DNA from: Bacilli bacterium
Lineage (GTDB): Bacteria > Bacillota_I > Bacilli_A > RFN20 > UBA1709
Reading direction: 5' to 3'
DNA: 64,000 nucleotides
Assembly: GCA_050949315.1 (NCBI GenBank)
Contig: JBMNFL010000001.1
Span: forward strand, 384,001-448,000
Made by a program: the position numbers and the translations under genes. The notes beneath the pieces are model-generated. The model searched no databases, was not told where the DNA came from, and worked only from the letters and a program-made list of their open reading frames with translations. Shown in pieces: positions 29,937 through 40,844 of the stretch. Numbering within the stretch: position 1 is the stretch's first letter; every line of letters starts with the position of its first letter.

Positions 29937-31481
29937 TTAATTCTTTTTATTGTGTAATAATCCTAACACAAGTCCCTTGGCCTCTTTAAATTCTTTTGTC
30001 TTAAATAAAAACGCTAAAAACAAGACATTGGGCAAAACAACACATAGCAAACTCCTGATTATTATATTTAAAAAACCCTCAATTCTAATAAAATCGCATA
30101 GATGATAGGTCACAAACCCAACACAAATAGTAATTAAAAAGTACAGCAAATGTTTCAAATAAAACTCTTTAGGTGAAATATTGAAATAATGCTTGAAAAC
30201 AACATTAGTTCTGGTAATAAAGTTGAATACAAAAATAGTGATAATGGTGGCTAAAATAATACCTGTTATGCCAAGGAAATATCCCAACAATAAGTTCAAA
30301 ACCAGATTACCAACAGCTTCTAGCACAAACCATAATCTACATTCATGATACAATCCATTTCCTTCAAGAAACAAGTTCCTAGCATTATTCATATTCAAAA
30401 TATAAAAATATAAACATAACAGGAACATATCTAGCAGTGACAAAAGCATGTTGGTGTCTCCGCGCATCCACAAGAACATAAATGGTTGATATAAACAAGA
30501 CATCGTTATAGAGCACCAACCAACTATCCACATAAACAAAAAATTAAACTTTAAAAGATCTTTATAATTTTTAAGTTTTGTTTCTTTTGCAATGCTGTTC
30601 CCAACACTAGCTTGCATTGATTGGGTTAACACAAGCAAAATTCCATAGATAGCAGAAAAAATATAATAGTAATTGTCGTAGATAGCGACAGCAACTAGGC
30701 CCATAAAAAAAGAAATCATCACATCATCCAAAGAATTTCTTGCTACAGTTCCTAATTTCCCTACAAATAATGCTTTAACTTGCTTTATTATAACTCTATA
30801 AGTTTCTTTTGGAAGTTTCCCATTAGGAATTATTTCTGGAAAATATTTTTTTGAAAAAACTTGTAATAGAATGTTGTTGGCTACAGTTCCTAAAGGCATA
30901 ACCATTATAAACACATAATAGTTTCTCAAAAAAATTAATAGTAATATTTGGATGCCTTTGATAAAAAAACTGGTAACAGAATAAATGTTGCTGACAACAT
31001 CCTCCCTTTGCATCGCATTAAAAAGAGCTCCCTTATATGCAAACAAAAGATAGGATATTACCGTGTTAAAAAGATAAATAAGGAACAACAAATAAATATT
31101 AATGTCACTTGGTATTTCTCCAGAAATCAAATACGAGAGAAGCGGAGTAATTGCAAGACCAATTAACAATATTACTATTCCTACAATAAAATAAGTCTTC
31201 TTAAGAAAATTAAGGATAGCAGAGACACTTTCGTTATCTCCATCAGCGATTGGGCGGTACATTACAAAAGTAACCGCAGCAGTAAAGCCCAAATCCGTCA
31301 AATTCAAAACTTGTAAAATTGAAGAAAAAAGACCATTTAATCCCGAATAAGCCGTGCCAAGTGTATATATAATAATGGTTCTAATTATAAACGGAAGTAA
31401 AATTGATATTATTTGTTTTATCAATCCACTAACTATATTGCGCTTTGTATTCTTTATTCTAGATTTAGAAACTCTCTCCAT
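29937..31481 (-). CDS. wzx: Polysaccharide flippase (Wzx/MOP family)
   Basis: Many TM helices; GLNGLFSSILQVLNLTDLG, ASVGN. Confidence 0.85.
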   Translation of the reverse strand: MERVSKSRIKNTKRNIVSGLIKQIISILLPFIIRTIIIYTLGTAYSGLNGLFSSILQVLNLTDLGFTAAVTFVMYRPIADGDNESVSAILNFLKKTYFIVGIVILLIGLAITPLLSYLISGEIPSDINIYLLFLIYLFNTVISYLLFAYKGALFNAMQREDVVSNIYSVTSFFIKGIQILLLIFLRNYYVFIMVMPLGTVANNILLQVFSKKYFPEIIPNGKLPKETYRVIIKQVKALFVGKLGTVARNSLDDVMISFFMGLVAVAIYDNYYYIFSAIYGILLVLTQSMQASVGNSIAKETKLKNYKDLLKFNFLFMWIVGWCSITMSCLYQPFMFLWMRGDTNMLLSLLDMFLLCLYFYILNMNNARNLFLEGNGLYHECRLWFVLEAVGNLVLNLLLGYFLGITGIILATIITIFVFNFITRTNVVFKHYFNISPKEFYLKHLLYFLITICVGFVTYHLCDFIRIEGFLNIIIRSLLCVVLPNVLFLAFLFKTKEFKEAKGLVLGLLHNKKN

Positions 31482-31483
31482 TG

Positions 31484-32656
31484 TTAATCCTTTTTAGAAA
31501 CCAGTTTCTTAATTGCACCCTTTATTCTCGCGGTTAAGGAATAGCCTCCATATTTTTTTGCCGTTCTAACAAAGCCGTTTTTATAGTAATATTTCCAAAA
31601 TGAGTCATAAGAAGGAGGCATAATACTAGGGCTCGAAAGATTTGCTTGTTTCTTTTTTATTTTTTCAACTGACGTGTATATCCATTTAATGCCTGGTAAA
31701 TTCTCAACAAAATTCGCTCCTTTAACTGTGTGTGCTAAAACAGCAAAAACTCCATCTTCAGAAAAGAAGGCTTCTTCTTCATCTTTGCACCCCCAATAAT
31801 CAGCCATTGTTAAATCAGAAGGTTTATCAACTGTGGCATATGGACACTCATAGCAACAAGGTCTTAAGCAGTTATTTGAAAAGAACAGATTTAAAAATAG
31901 CCTGGCCTTGCTCGTATCGATTTCTTTTTTCTCGTTTTTTTGTTTATATAAATAGGTAATTGTGCAGCCATAATTCTTGCTACCATATCCCCATGGTTTG
32001 TTTTTGGTTCTAAACTCATATTTTACAAATTTTTTATTTTTCTTTAACCAACTAATATATTCACTGAATAGTTTAGGGGAAGGAGTTCCATGACAAATTA
32101 AATCAATAGTTATCAATCCTTCATCACTAATATGTTTTGCTTTTATGAAAGATTTTAATCCAGCTACATGACAAGAAGTTCCAAAAAAAGCAACTTTTTT
32201 CCCTAGTTTTAAGTCATCAAAAATTTCAAGAAATGTATTTTTTATATTTGTTTGAACATATTTTGATCCATATAAGGATTCAAGTTGACTTTGTGAATCA
32301 AATCTTTTTGTAATAACCTCATAGTTTGAATCATACTCAACACCATAGACTATTCCGCCATTTTGGATGACATATTTAGCAATCGCAACGGATACACCAC
32401 CAGATGATGATTTTCTTAATTCAATTGCATTCTCGTTTTTTACTGCAAACGCGATGGTCTTTGTACTACGTTCATCTTTTTTATTAAGACAAACATTTAA
32501 GCATTGACCACAACTAACACATTTTCTCTCATCAACCACAGGGTATAAAAAGCCTTGTTCATCCGCTTTAAACTCTATTGCTTTAGCAGGGCAAATTGCT
32601 TTGCACGCAGTACACCCATAACAACGTTCCTTACTAATCGTTAAGACATTATTCAT
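31484..32656 (-). CDS. Fe-S oxidoreductase of the FrhB/FdhB (F420 hydrogenase beta subunit) family
   Basis: Two CxxCxxCxxxC ferredoxin motifs, SSSGG, GSKYVQ, GTSCHV, DLICHGTPSP, LRPCCYEC, SDLTMADYWG. Confidence 0.85.
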   Translation of the reverse strand: MNNVLTISKERCYGCTACKAICPAKAIEFKADEQGFLYPVVDERKCVSCGQCLNVCLNKKDERSTKTIAFAVKNENAIELRKSSSGGVSVAIAKYVIQNGGIVYGVEYDSNYEVITKRFDSQSQLESLYGSKYVQTNIKNTFLEIFDDLKLGKKVAFFGTSCHVAGLKSFIKAKHISDEGLITIDLICHGTPSPKLFSEYISWLKKNKKFVKYEFRTKNKPWGYGSKNYGCTITYLYKQKNEKKEIDTSKARLFLNLFFSNNCLRPCCYECPYATVDKPSDLTMADYWGCKDEEEAFFSEDGVFAVLAHTVKGANFVENLPGIKWIYTSVEKIKKKQANLSSPSIMPPSYDSFWKYYYKNGFVRTAKKYGGYSLTARIKGAIKKLVSKKD

Positions 32657-33713
32657 CGTTTAAGATACCTTCTAAATATAAATAGGATTCATTTCTTAGA
32701 TTTTGTAGATTTGCATCTATTTTTTCCCAATCTAGTTTCGTTATTTGAGAATCCGTTATTTCCCTTCCGAGAATATTTAAATTTGACATAATAGTATTAA
32801 TTCTTCCAGGATGATTTCTATTGTAATAATAGAATTCTTTATGAAAATTTATAGAAAACAGCACTCCGTGGTAAGATCCAGTTATAACATATTCAGCATT
32901 ATGTATGAGCCAAATAAACTGACCAACAGTTACGTTTTTGACATTAATACAATATTTATTTTTTCTAACAGAATCATTTAAAAAAACGATAGGCATTTTT
33001 TTCTCATCGGCTAATTTCTTGGCAAAATTAAGTGTGATGTGCTTATCATCATCAAAGTACAGAAAAATATATTTTTTTTCAATGTCCATTGCTTCTTCAT
33101 ATTTTAACCATTCATCAGCAGAAAAAAGTAAAGTTGGGTCAAGAGTTACTATCGGTCTTTCCTTTAAATAGTTGTAAAGTAGATCTGCCCCTGAATTCTC
33201 TCTTGTACTTATTCTCTTATACTGTCTTAAATAAAAAATGGATTTTTCAGCAAAGATGGATGGAATTGTCTCATAACCAAAACTCGATGAATACGCAAAT
33301 TTTTTCCCATTATCCTCGACAAAAGCTAAATAATAATTGTAGTCACCACCGGTTACGTTAAGTTCCCAAATTATATCGCTACCAGAAATAAATAAATCAT
33401 ATATTTCGTTGCTTTTTTTTATATTTTTTGAGTTGTATTTTCGTTGGGACATTAAACAATTGGTTTTTAAAAAATGTTTTATCAGTTCGCGCTTTTTCAT
33501 TTTAAAAATGTAACTGATAAGTGTAATTGGTAACTTAATGATTCCATTACTAAATAATCGCAAACCAAATTCTCTTTTTTTTATTTCTTTGCAAAAATAT
33601 TGAATTGTTTCGCATTTATACCCTAAATTGTTTATGTATTTTGTCAATGCAAAACATTGTAAACATGCACCATAATTCGTAGTATCTTGAAATGTTAAAA
33701 TTCCTATTTGCAA
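32649..33713 (-). CDS. Polysaccharide pyruvyltransferase family protein
   Basis: NYGACLQCFAL, GSDIIW, ISTRE, DPTLL, SYHG. Confidence 0.88.
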   Translation of the reverse strand: MQIGILTFQDTTNYGACLQCFALTKYINNLGYKCETIQYFCKEIKKREFGLRLFSNGIIKLPITLISYIFKMKKRELIKHFLKTNCLMSQRKYNSKNIKKSNEIYDLFISGSDIIWELNVTGGDYNYYLAFVEDNGKKFAYSSSFGYETIPSIFAEKSIFYLRQYKRISTRENSGADLLYNYLKERPIVTLDPTLLFSADEWLKYEEAMDIEKKYIFLYFDDDKHITLNFAKKLADEKKMPIVFLNDSVRKNKYCINVKNVTVGQFIWLIHNAEYVITGSYHGVLFSINFHKEFYYYNRNHPGRINTIMSNLNILGREITDSQITKLDWEKIDANLQNLRNESYLYLEGILNDE

Positions 33714-33718
33714 TTCAA

Positions 33719-34480
33719 CTACCTCCTTAATATTTGTGATACTTTATTTTTTGCTGATCCAAACAATAAATGTAATTTTTCAAGTATTTTTTGAATCACA
33801 AATAATCTTGGTTTTACATTCAAGATATCTTTAAATGGCACTATTCTATTATGATATTTTTCGCAAAATGCTTCCAATTTAAAATACTCAGCTTCCTTTT
33901 CGGGTTTTCTCCACTCACTGGGATGACACACAATAGAATTAATCCCATTTTTCACTTTGCGTGGAACTCCGCCGTTCTTGCATGGAATGCAAATTATACC
34001 TTGCTGACGATATGGGAAAGGTGATCCTCCATCACAATTATAAACAAAACCATTTTCTTTTAATGCTCTCAGAGTCGTTTTGTCATATGAATGCGCGGGG
34101 GCAAAAAAAACATTTGTGAATATATTGTTTTCTTGGAGTATCCTTTTCCCTTGTAATATTTTATTATTTTGATTGTCAAATGAATTCCCAGCAAATTCTG
34201 AATGTTTGTAACCACACATAATTGTTTTTGCCTTTTTTTGATCGTATACATGTTTATAACCATGGAGAGCGATGGTCCAACCAAAATCCTCCAATTGTTT
34301 TAAAAACTTCCAAAAATCATCTTTTGGATTATTTATTTTCTGATCATCATCTTCATTATCAGGAATCACACCAATAAGCGGCTTTAATTTATATTTATCC
34401 ATTAACTCTTTAGCCCTCTCAAACTGTTTCCAATCCATCGTAGGACAAATATCATCAAAACGTATGTAACAAATTTTCAT
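33719..34480 (-). CDS. DUF2334 / polysaccharide deacetylase-like protein
   Basis: IRFDDICP, IGVIPD, LHGYKH, SEFAG, FFAPAHSYD. Confidence 0.75.
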   Translation of the reverse strand: MKICYIRFDDICPTMDWKQFERAKELMDKYKLKPLIGVIPDNEDDDQKINNPKDDFWKFLKQLEDFGWTIALHGYKHVYDQKKAKTIMCGYKHSEFAGNSFDNQNNKILQGKRILQENNIFTNVFFAPAHSYDKTTLRALKENGFVYNCDGGSPFPYRQQGIICIPCKNGGVPRKVKNGINSIVCHPSEWRKPEKEAEYFKLEAFCEKYHNRIVPFKDILNVKPRLFVIQKILEKLHLLFGSAKNKVSQILRR

Positions 34481-35598
34481 TAATACTCACCTTTTATAAT
34501 ACGCTCATACATGTTAATAAGCTTTTTTGTAACATTCTTTAAATCGAAACAAGATAAATCTTTATTGTTTGGACCTGTACTATTCGATAGTGCGAGTTCC
34601 GCCCATTTATCATCGCCATTAAAAAGAGACAACGAAAAGCAATTACTATTACATAAAACTTCACTTGGAACATTATCTGAAACAATAGACCTAATTCCAA
34701 GAGCTTGCGCTTCAAGTGATACAAGAGAAAAACTTTCAGATAAAGATGGTAAAATTAAACAATTGGCACATCCTAAGATAGATGTTGCATCTTGCCTAAT
34801 GCCCAAAAATAATATATTATTAGCAATTCCACGCTTTTTTGCTTCGTTTTTTATGATTTCCATTCTATTGTTGGCATCGCCACCAATAAGCAAAAGATAA
34901 GAGTTGCTATTGCGTTTATGAATCTCTGCAAATATAGACAATAATCTCTCATGATTTTTCACTTTATCAAATCTGCCTATATGCATAATAACAAAAGCAT
35001 CCTTGGCTATATAATAATTAACAAACAACCATTCACGATTATACCGGCTTTTTTTAATTCTTTCAATATCTATACCATTAGGGATAACACACACATTTTT
35101 CGTGGAGAAAATGCTGATTATTTTATCTTTCATATAATTTGTTAATGCAAAAAAATTAAGTCCTTTTTTCGACATTTTGTTCAAAGCAATACTATTCTTT
35201 TTGGGATTTGTTTTTAAAAATCTTTCTGGATCAGAATGAAATGTGAAAACCATCCTATGAACAGGGAACTTTATTCCATATATTTTGTAAATTAAAGTGT
35301 GGATATGAATTATATCCGGTTTTTCAAATTCAACGATCCTATTAAACTTTAACTTAATATTCTTAATTCTATTTAGCAGTCTTTGAAAAATGAAATGGCC
35401 GTTGTTTGTGCTTGTTTTATATAATTCGTATATCCTAATGTCGTTTTTAGTTACCTCGTTTTCTAAATAAGAATTAACTTTATTATTCACAACAAGAGCA
35501 ACATCAATTTCACTATTCTTTAAATGAACCAAATAATCGGCAACTATTTTTTCCGCACCGCCTATTTGCAAGTTATGGATATAAAAAAGAATTTTCAT
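34480..35598 (-). CDS. GT4 glycosyltransferase
   Basis: GGAEK, HIGRFDKVKNH, PSLSESFSLVSLEAQA. Confidence 0.88.
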   Translation of the reverse strand: MKILFYIHNLQIGGAEKIVADYLVHLKNSEIDVALVVNNKVNSYLENEVTKNDIRIYELYKTSTNNGHFIFQRLLNRIKNIKLKFNRIVEFEKPDIIHIHTLIYKIYGIKFPVHRMVFTFHSDPERFLKTNPKKNSIALNKMSKKGLNFFALTNYMKDKIISIFSTKNVCVIPNGIDIERIKKSRYNREWLFVNYYIAKDAFVIMHIGRFDKVKNHERLLSIFAEIHKRNSNSYLLLIGGDANNRMEIIKNEAKKRGIANNILFLGIRQDATSILGCANCLILPSLSESFSLVSLEAQALGIRSIVSDNVPSEVLCNSNCFSLSLFNGDDKWAELALSNSTGPNNKDLSCFDLKNVTKKLINMYERIIKGEY

Positions 35599-36833
35599 GC
35601 AATCTCTCCAACTTCATTATTACCAACACTTTTCTTTTCTGCCATCTGAATGTAAATATGCCCAAATAAAAAGATTACAAAATAAGTGGCAATAAAAATA
35701 CCAGGCCTTTGATATACACTAAGAAAGAAAACTACAGTAAAACAGAAATTGAACCAATTATTTTTATATTTAGCTAAGGCATACAATAACAAGCTACCAT
35801 ACATTAGAATACATCCAACAAAGCCATAGTCAATAATCATTGTTTTATATGTTGAAACTCCAGAAGTTAATTGTGATGAATAACCTCCTCCATATCCAAA
35901 CAAAACTTTATCGCTTTGAAATAAAGAAGAAAAAGCACTGTCTAGAAGAACATTGGATCTGTCGTTACCAAAAAATCCTCCACCGGAAAGCGTTATTCGT
36001 TGAACTAAATAGTCTAAAGCATAATTGTTAAAATTGATTTTTGGAAGAATGAAAAAATAGAATATCATGAATAAAATAACTAACAATAAAACGCTTTTTT
36101 TCTTAATGGAAATTAAAGAAATATAGATGGCAAGAATTAATAAAAACGCAAGAGAGAAGCTTAAGCATCCTCCAATAAAAATAATCCAATTTGTTATTCT
36201 TTTAAAATTCGCTTTGTCTAAACAAATTAACAAAGCACAAACTGTACCTAAAAAACCAGGTTCATTAAAAAGCCCGCACAATCTTACTTGAACAGATTTA
36301 ATATAAATAAAAGAAACCCCATAATTAGCATAGTATTGTTCTCCAAAAAGAGAAGAATAATAAGGCACTATTTTGTAAGGAAGCCCAAGTTTGAAAAAGT
36401 AAGCAATATAACAAACTATACCCAAGAAACAAATTATCACCATATATTTTCTAAATAGTTTAATAACTCCAAGCCCTAAATCTCTCGGCACAAGAAAAAT
36501 ACATATCAAAATGATGATATTAAGCAAACTTAATTGAAGTTGCTCTCTTCCATAAACGTTAAATGTTGTAATAAACCAATAAACAATAGGTATTAAAACA
36601 CCTACATCAATTTTTTTATGATTTGTTATTAAACCAATAATCAAAATAACAGTTAGCAGATAACTAAGAATTCTAGTGACACTTCTAAATGCATCAGAGC
36701 CTAATGTACTATCAGCTTGATATGGAGCAAGACTAACAATAATTGCTAATAACGTGCAGGCAATTACTATCATCTTTTGATTTAAAGTATTAGTTTTCAA
36801 TTCTTTCGGTAATAACATGTTATTATTCTCCAA
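35595..36833 (-). CDS. wzy: Polysaccharide polymerase (Wzy-like)
   Basis: About 10 TM helices, RLCGLFNEPG loop, LFGYG; locus position. Confidence 0.72.
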   Translation of the reverse strand: MENNNMLLPKELKTNTLNQKMIVIACTLLAIIVSLAPYQADSTLGSDAFRSVTRILSYLLTVILIIGLITNHKKIDVGVLIPIVYWFITTFNVYGREQLQLSLLNIIILICIFLVPRDLGLGVIKLFRKYMVIICFLGIVCYIAYFFKLGLPYKIVPYYSSLFGEQYYANYGVSFIYIKSVQVRLCGLFNEPGFLGTVCALLICLDKANFKRITNWIIFIGGCLSFSLAFLLILAIYISLISIKKKSVLLLVILFMIFYFFILPKINFNNYALDYLVQRITLSGGGFFGNDRSNVLLDSAFSSLFQSDKVLFGYGGGYSSQLTSGVSTYKTMIIDYGFVGCILMYGSLLLYALAKYKNNWFNFCFTVVFFLSVYQRPGIFIATYFVIFLFGHIYIQMAEKKSVGNNEVGEIA

Positions 36834-37908
36834 AAACGGCTTTCACAAAACTAGTACATACATCATCAATACCATATCCGTTTATTTTCAAACAATTATT
36901 AAATGCAAAACGATCTTCGTTTTTTACAATTAGTTTTGCCCATTTTTGAGGCAAATCATTTTTTAATGAAGCAAATGAAACTAAACTGCTCATTCTTACT
37001 TCATTTGTTATGGTATCAGAAAGTAAACATGGAAGATTTGAGGCTTGTGCTTCAATTATTACATTTGGCATCCCTTCGTACAATGATGGTAAAACCATAA
37101 AATCCATTGCTGACAACAGTTTAAATACATCATCTCTCAGACCGGCAAAGAGCACACAATCTTCTAAGCCACGATCTAATACAGTTTTTTTAATCTGTTC
37201 TTGCAATGAGCCTACTCCAACTAACATCAAAAGAGAATTAGCATTTAACTTATGGTATTCGTCAAATACATCAATTAAAAAAGCGTGGTTTTTTTGCTTT
37301 TCAAATCTTCCAATATGCCCAATAAGCATTGTATTATCTCTGATCTGCATTTGGTTTCTAACAATTTTTCGATACGATTCATTATAACTAAATGTGTTTA
37401 AATCCAACCCATTATTTAGAATAATCACACCATCTGTAGAATTGAATGTATATTTGGCAGCTTTTTTTGATGGTGCTATTTTTATGTCTATGTACTTCAT
37501 CCACATTTTTTTACCAATAATATGAAATATACGTTGTTTAACACTATTTCCATCACTGGAGTTGCTTGATCTAGCGGCGCATACTTTAGCTCCTGCTTTT
37601 TTTGCAACTTTTAAATCATAAAAACCGCCAGCATTAGATGTAATTCTAAGAACGTATTCATAGTTATGTTCTCTTACAATCTTATATAATTGCTTTCTAA
37701 AAGAAAAAAAGTTTTCTGTTTTCGAGGGAATCCTATATATTGTCGAACCATAAGATGTGATTTCATCATCATAATCACATTTGTCAAAAACATTAATACA
37801 AAAATCAATCATATACTTAGTTCTATCAATGTTTCTGAGTATTTTCATCATGAATGTTTCTGCACCACCAACATTCGTACTGTTCATAATACAAAGGAGT
37901 TTCTTCAT
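36823..37908 (-). CDS. GT4 glycosyltransferase (EpsF-like)
   Basis: GGAETFMM, GHIGRFEKQKNH, PSLYEGMPNVIIEAQA. Confidence 0.88.
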   Translation of the reverse strand: MKKLLCIMNSTNVGGAETFMMKILRNIDRTKYMIDFCINVFDKCDYDDEITSYGSTIYRIPSKTENFFSFRKQLYKIVREHNYEYVLRITSNAGGFYDLKVAKKAGAKVCAARSSNSSDGNSVKQRIFHIIGKKMWMKYIDIKIAPSKKAAKYTFNSTDGVIILNNGLDLNTFSYNESYRKIVRNQMQIRDNTMLIGHIGRFEKQKNHAFLIDVFDEYHKLNANSLLMLVGVGSLQEQIKKTVLDRGLEDCVLFAGLRDDVFKLLSAMDFMVLPSLYEGMPNVIIEAQASNLPCLLSDTITNEVRMSSLVSFASLKNDLPQKWAKLIVKNEDRFAFNNCLKINGYGIDDVCTSFVKAVFGE

Positions 37909-37945
37909 TAAAACACGCTCTTTCTTATCAATTTGTTACTTTAAG

Positions 37946-38995
37946 TTATCCAATATGCTTGGTTAACACTTTTACACACTTTTCAACAGAATACTCCTTG
38001 GAAGATGACAAACAATTATATCGCATCGACTCATATTCTTCTCTATCTATATTTAACGCCCGAAAAAGAGTCTTTTTAAAATCATCAATGTCATCAATTT
38101 CAAAAAGAAAACCATTAAAACCATCTTCCATAATATCTGAGCAAGAATTCCATCTAGAAGCAATAACAGGTACCCCAGCATAAAATGAATCAATTATAGA
38201 ACCTGGTATGCCTTCTGTTTTAAATCTTGTTGGAAAAAGTTGGTAAGCGTATTTCGAAATAATTTCAACAGATTCAAATGCGTTAACGACCCCGCAATAC
38301 TTTATATATTGGTCGTTAGAAATCATATCGTTAATTCTATTTAAATAGTCTGAATCAACAGGGCCATATATATCAAACTTTATTTTTTTATCCATCAATT
38401 TGTTGTTTTCTTTCACTACCAAAATAGCATCTTCTATGCCTTTCATTTTAACCACTCTTGAAAAAAAACAAATACTTATTGGATTGTTTATGAATTCGTC
38501 ACAATTAATGTTGTTGTTTGTTCTTAATTCTTTGAAATTTTTCAATATTTCGGTGTTTAAAACACCTATCTCTTTTAGTTCTTTTTTTAGTACATTAGTT
38601 TCAACAAAAACAACATCCAATCTTTTACATATCTTTTTAAGTCTTTTTTTACGTTTAAGTTTTTCTGCAAGCCAAGCGCCGACGACACAGTAGAATAGTT
38701 TGTTTTTAGAAAACTTTGAAAGATAATAAAATAAAGGCAGTATTACTTTTACTCCATTTTGGTCTGGAAGCATCACGATGTTTTCACAAGTAAAACTCAT
38801 TTTAAAAATTTGTAGTAATAATTTAATTGGTCTTTTTTTCCAAATATGAGTGCTTGAGCTATATATTTTTTCCTTGCCATATATACTAATTAACTCGTTC
38901 AACAGAGAGATGGTTTTAAGAGTTTGGCCATTCTCCCCTGCAACATTTCTATCTAAATGTCCACAAAAACCGATTTTGTATTTCTTCATAATCAT
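37946..38995 (-). CDS. GT4 glycosyltransferase
   Basis: GQTLKT, FFSRVVKMKG, FPT..TEGIPGSIID. Confidence 0.82.
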   Translation of the reverse strand: MIMKKYKIGFCGHLDRNVAGENGQTLKTISLLNELISIYGKEKIYSSSTHIWKKRPIKLLLQIFKMSFTCENIVMLPDQNGVKVILPLFYYLSKFSKNKLFYCVVGAWLAEKLKRKKRLKKICKRLDVVFVETNVLKKELKEIGVLNTEILKNFKELRTNNNINCDEFINNPISICFFSRVVKMKGIEDAILVVKENNKLMDKKIKFDIYGPVDSDYLNRINDMISNDQYIKYCGVVNAFESVEIISKYAYQLFPTRFKTEGIPGSIIDSFYAGVPVIASRWNSCSDIMEDGFNGFLFEIDDIDDFKKTLFRALNIDREEYESMRYNCLSSSKEYSVEKCVKVLTKHIG

Positions 38996-39004
38996 ACCTT
39001 GATC

Positions 39005-40162
39005 TTATTGCTGTAAGATCTCATATCCCTCAAGCATTTTGTTCCAATCATAAAAACTTTTTACCAATTCAAATCCTTTATTAGACATATTGTTTCTTAA
39101 AACTTTGTTCTCTAAAAGTTCCAAACAACAATCAATATATTCATTTACATCATCAACAATAAAACAATTTGAACCATTTACTAAACCAGGTATCCCAAAA
39201 GAAATCAATTTCGAAATAACTACTGGAATATGATACGACATCGCTTCTAAAACTTTATTTTGTAGGCCTGCGGCAATTCTTATTGGTATAACCGATAAAC
39301 AAGCATCACAGACAACTTGATAAATATCTTCAACATAGCCTGTCACAAAAATGTTTTTCCCATTGTCCAAACTTCTTATTCTTTGATTCGGCTCAGAGCC
39401 AATGATATAAAATCTTAAATCAGGCTTTTTTTCCAATAAATGAGGAAATATTTCTTCAACAAAATACAAAACCGCATCTTGGTTCTGCAAAGCCCGCATA
39501 TTCCCAACAAAAACTATTTTATTATTGTCATACGGGTGTGCTTCTTCATGTACGATATCCCTTCCATTAGGATAAACAAATAACGATGGGTGATTATTTA
39601 AATATTCCTTATCTGCATTTGATACCAAAACTATTTTTCTATAAGTTTTCAAAAGATACCTTTCATATTTCACAATTCGTTTTTTTTCAATTAAATATGC
39701 TAATTTTTTCCAAGAGTTATATGATGATGAGGTAACCAATGAATATGTTTTAGATAAGGCATCAGACATTTCAATTATACTTTGATCTTGAACATTAATT
39801 TTTTCCAAATACCACACCATTCTATGTGTATGAGAAATATACAAATCAGGTTTCTCTATGTTTTTAACCCTTTTCAATAGTTTCAAAAACTTATTAGAGC
39901 AATAATATCCATATTGAAGAGGCTTTCCTGCAAAAAAAGAGCAAATAGTCCTAAAATACGAAGTTAAACGCGATCTTTTAATTTTATATATTGAATCGTA
40001 TAATCCTTCTTCATCGATACAAGACATACCATCCTCATAGAAAGATACGAGACAAACTATATGACCCTTCTTTTTCAAATATCTAGTAATATGATTTATT
40101 CTCAATACATCTCCTGCCGCCTCAGGAAAAGGATATCTAGGAGCTAAAATACAAATTTTCAC
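39005..40162 (-). CDS. GT4 glycosyltransferase
   Basis: RYPFP..GDVLR, FVGNM..N.DA, GLQNKVLEAM. Confidence 0.85.
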   Translation of the reverse strand: MKICILAPRYPFPEAAGDVLRINHITRYLKKKGHIVCLVSFYEDGMSCIDEEGLYDSIYKIKRSRLTSYFRTICSFFAGKPLQYGYYCSNKFLKLLKRVKNIEKPDLYISHTHRMVWYLEKINVQDQSIIEMSDALSKTYSLVTSSSYNSWKKLAYLIEKKRIVKYERYLLKTYRKIVLVSNADKEYLNNHPSLFVYPNGRDIVHEEAHPYDNNKIVFVGNMRALQNQDAVLYFVEEIFPHLLEKKPDLRFYIIGSEPNQRIRSLDNGKNIFVTGYVEDIYQVVCDACLSVIPIRIAAGLQNKVLEAMSYHIPVVISKLISFGIPGLVNGSNCFIVDDVNEYIDCCLELLENKVLRNNMSNKGFELVKSFYDWNKMLEGYEILQQ

Positions 40163-40197
40163 TTATTATTCCACCTCAATAAAAGTTGATTAGCAAA

Positions 40198-40844
40198 TTA
40201 TTGATTGCTAATCTTATTATCTTTTTCAGTCTGTTTATGCATTTCACCTGTCCCGCCTTCAACAACACCCTCGTGCTTGAAAACAGAAAATGCGGTTTTA
40301 AACAGCAAACCTATATCATAGAAGAAACCTCTCTTCTCTATATACTCGCCATCAAACTTTGCTTTAACAGGAATTTCTAATTCGTCACGACCAGAGATTT
40401 GTGCTAATCCTGTCAATCCCGGTTTCACTTCGTTCGCGTTGTATTTATCCCTTTCAGCAACCAAGTCATCCTGATTCCATAAAGCCGGCCTAGGACCAAC
40501 AAAACTCATCTGACCGACAAATATGTTAAAGAACTGTGGAAGTTCATCTAATGAAGTTTTTCTAATAAATTTACCCACCTTCGTGATATGCGAATCTGCA
40601 TTCCCTAATTGATGGGTGGGTGCATTTGGGTTCGTATCCGTATACATTGACCTAAACTTCAGTATCTTGAACATCTTCTTATTCTTTCCAATCCTATCTT
40701 GCTTGAAGAAAACCGGTCCCTTGCTGTCTATTTTGATGGCAATCGCCACAATCAGCATTGGGAGGGACAGGATGATTATTGCCAAGAACGAGCAAAATAT
40801 ATCAAAGCACCTTTTGAAAAACGAATATATTGGTTTTTTTTCAT
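40198..40844 (-). pseudogene. Priming sugar-phosphate transferase (small PGT family), frameshifted at an A8 tract just after the start codon
   Basis: KFRSM, RKTSLDELPQ, MSFVGPRP, KPGLTG. The SD-preceded ATG at 40844 is out of frame by one A relative to the paralog at 49142-49762. Confidence 0.75.
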
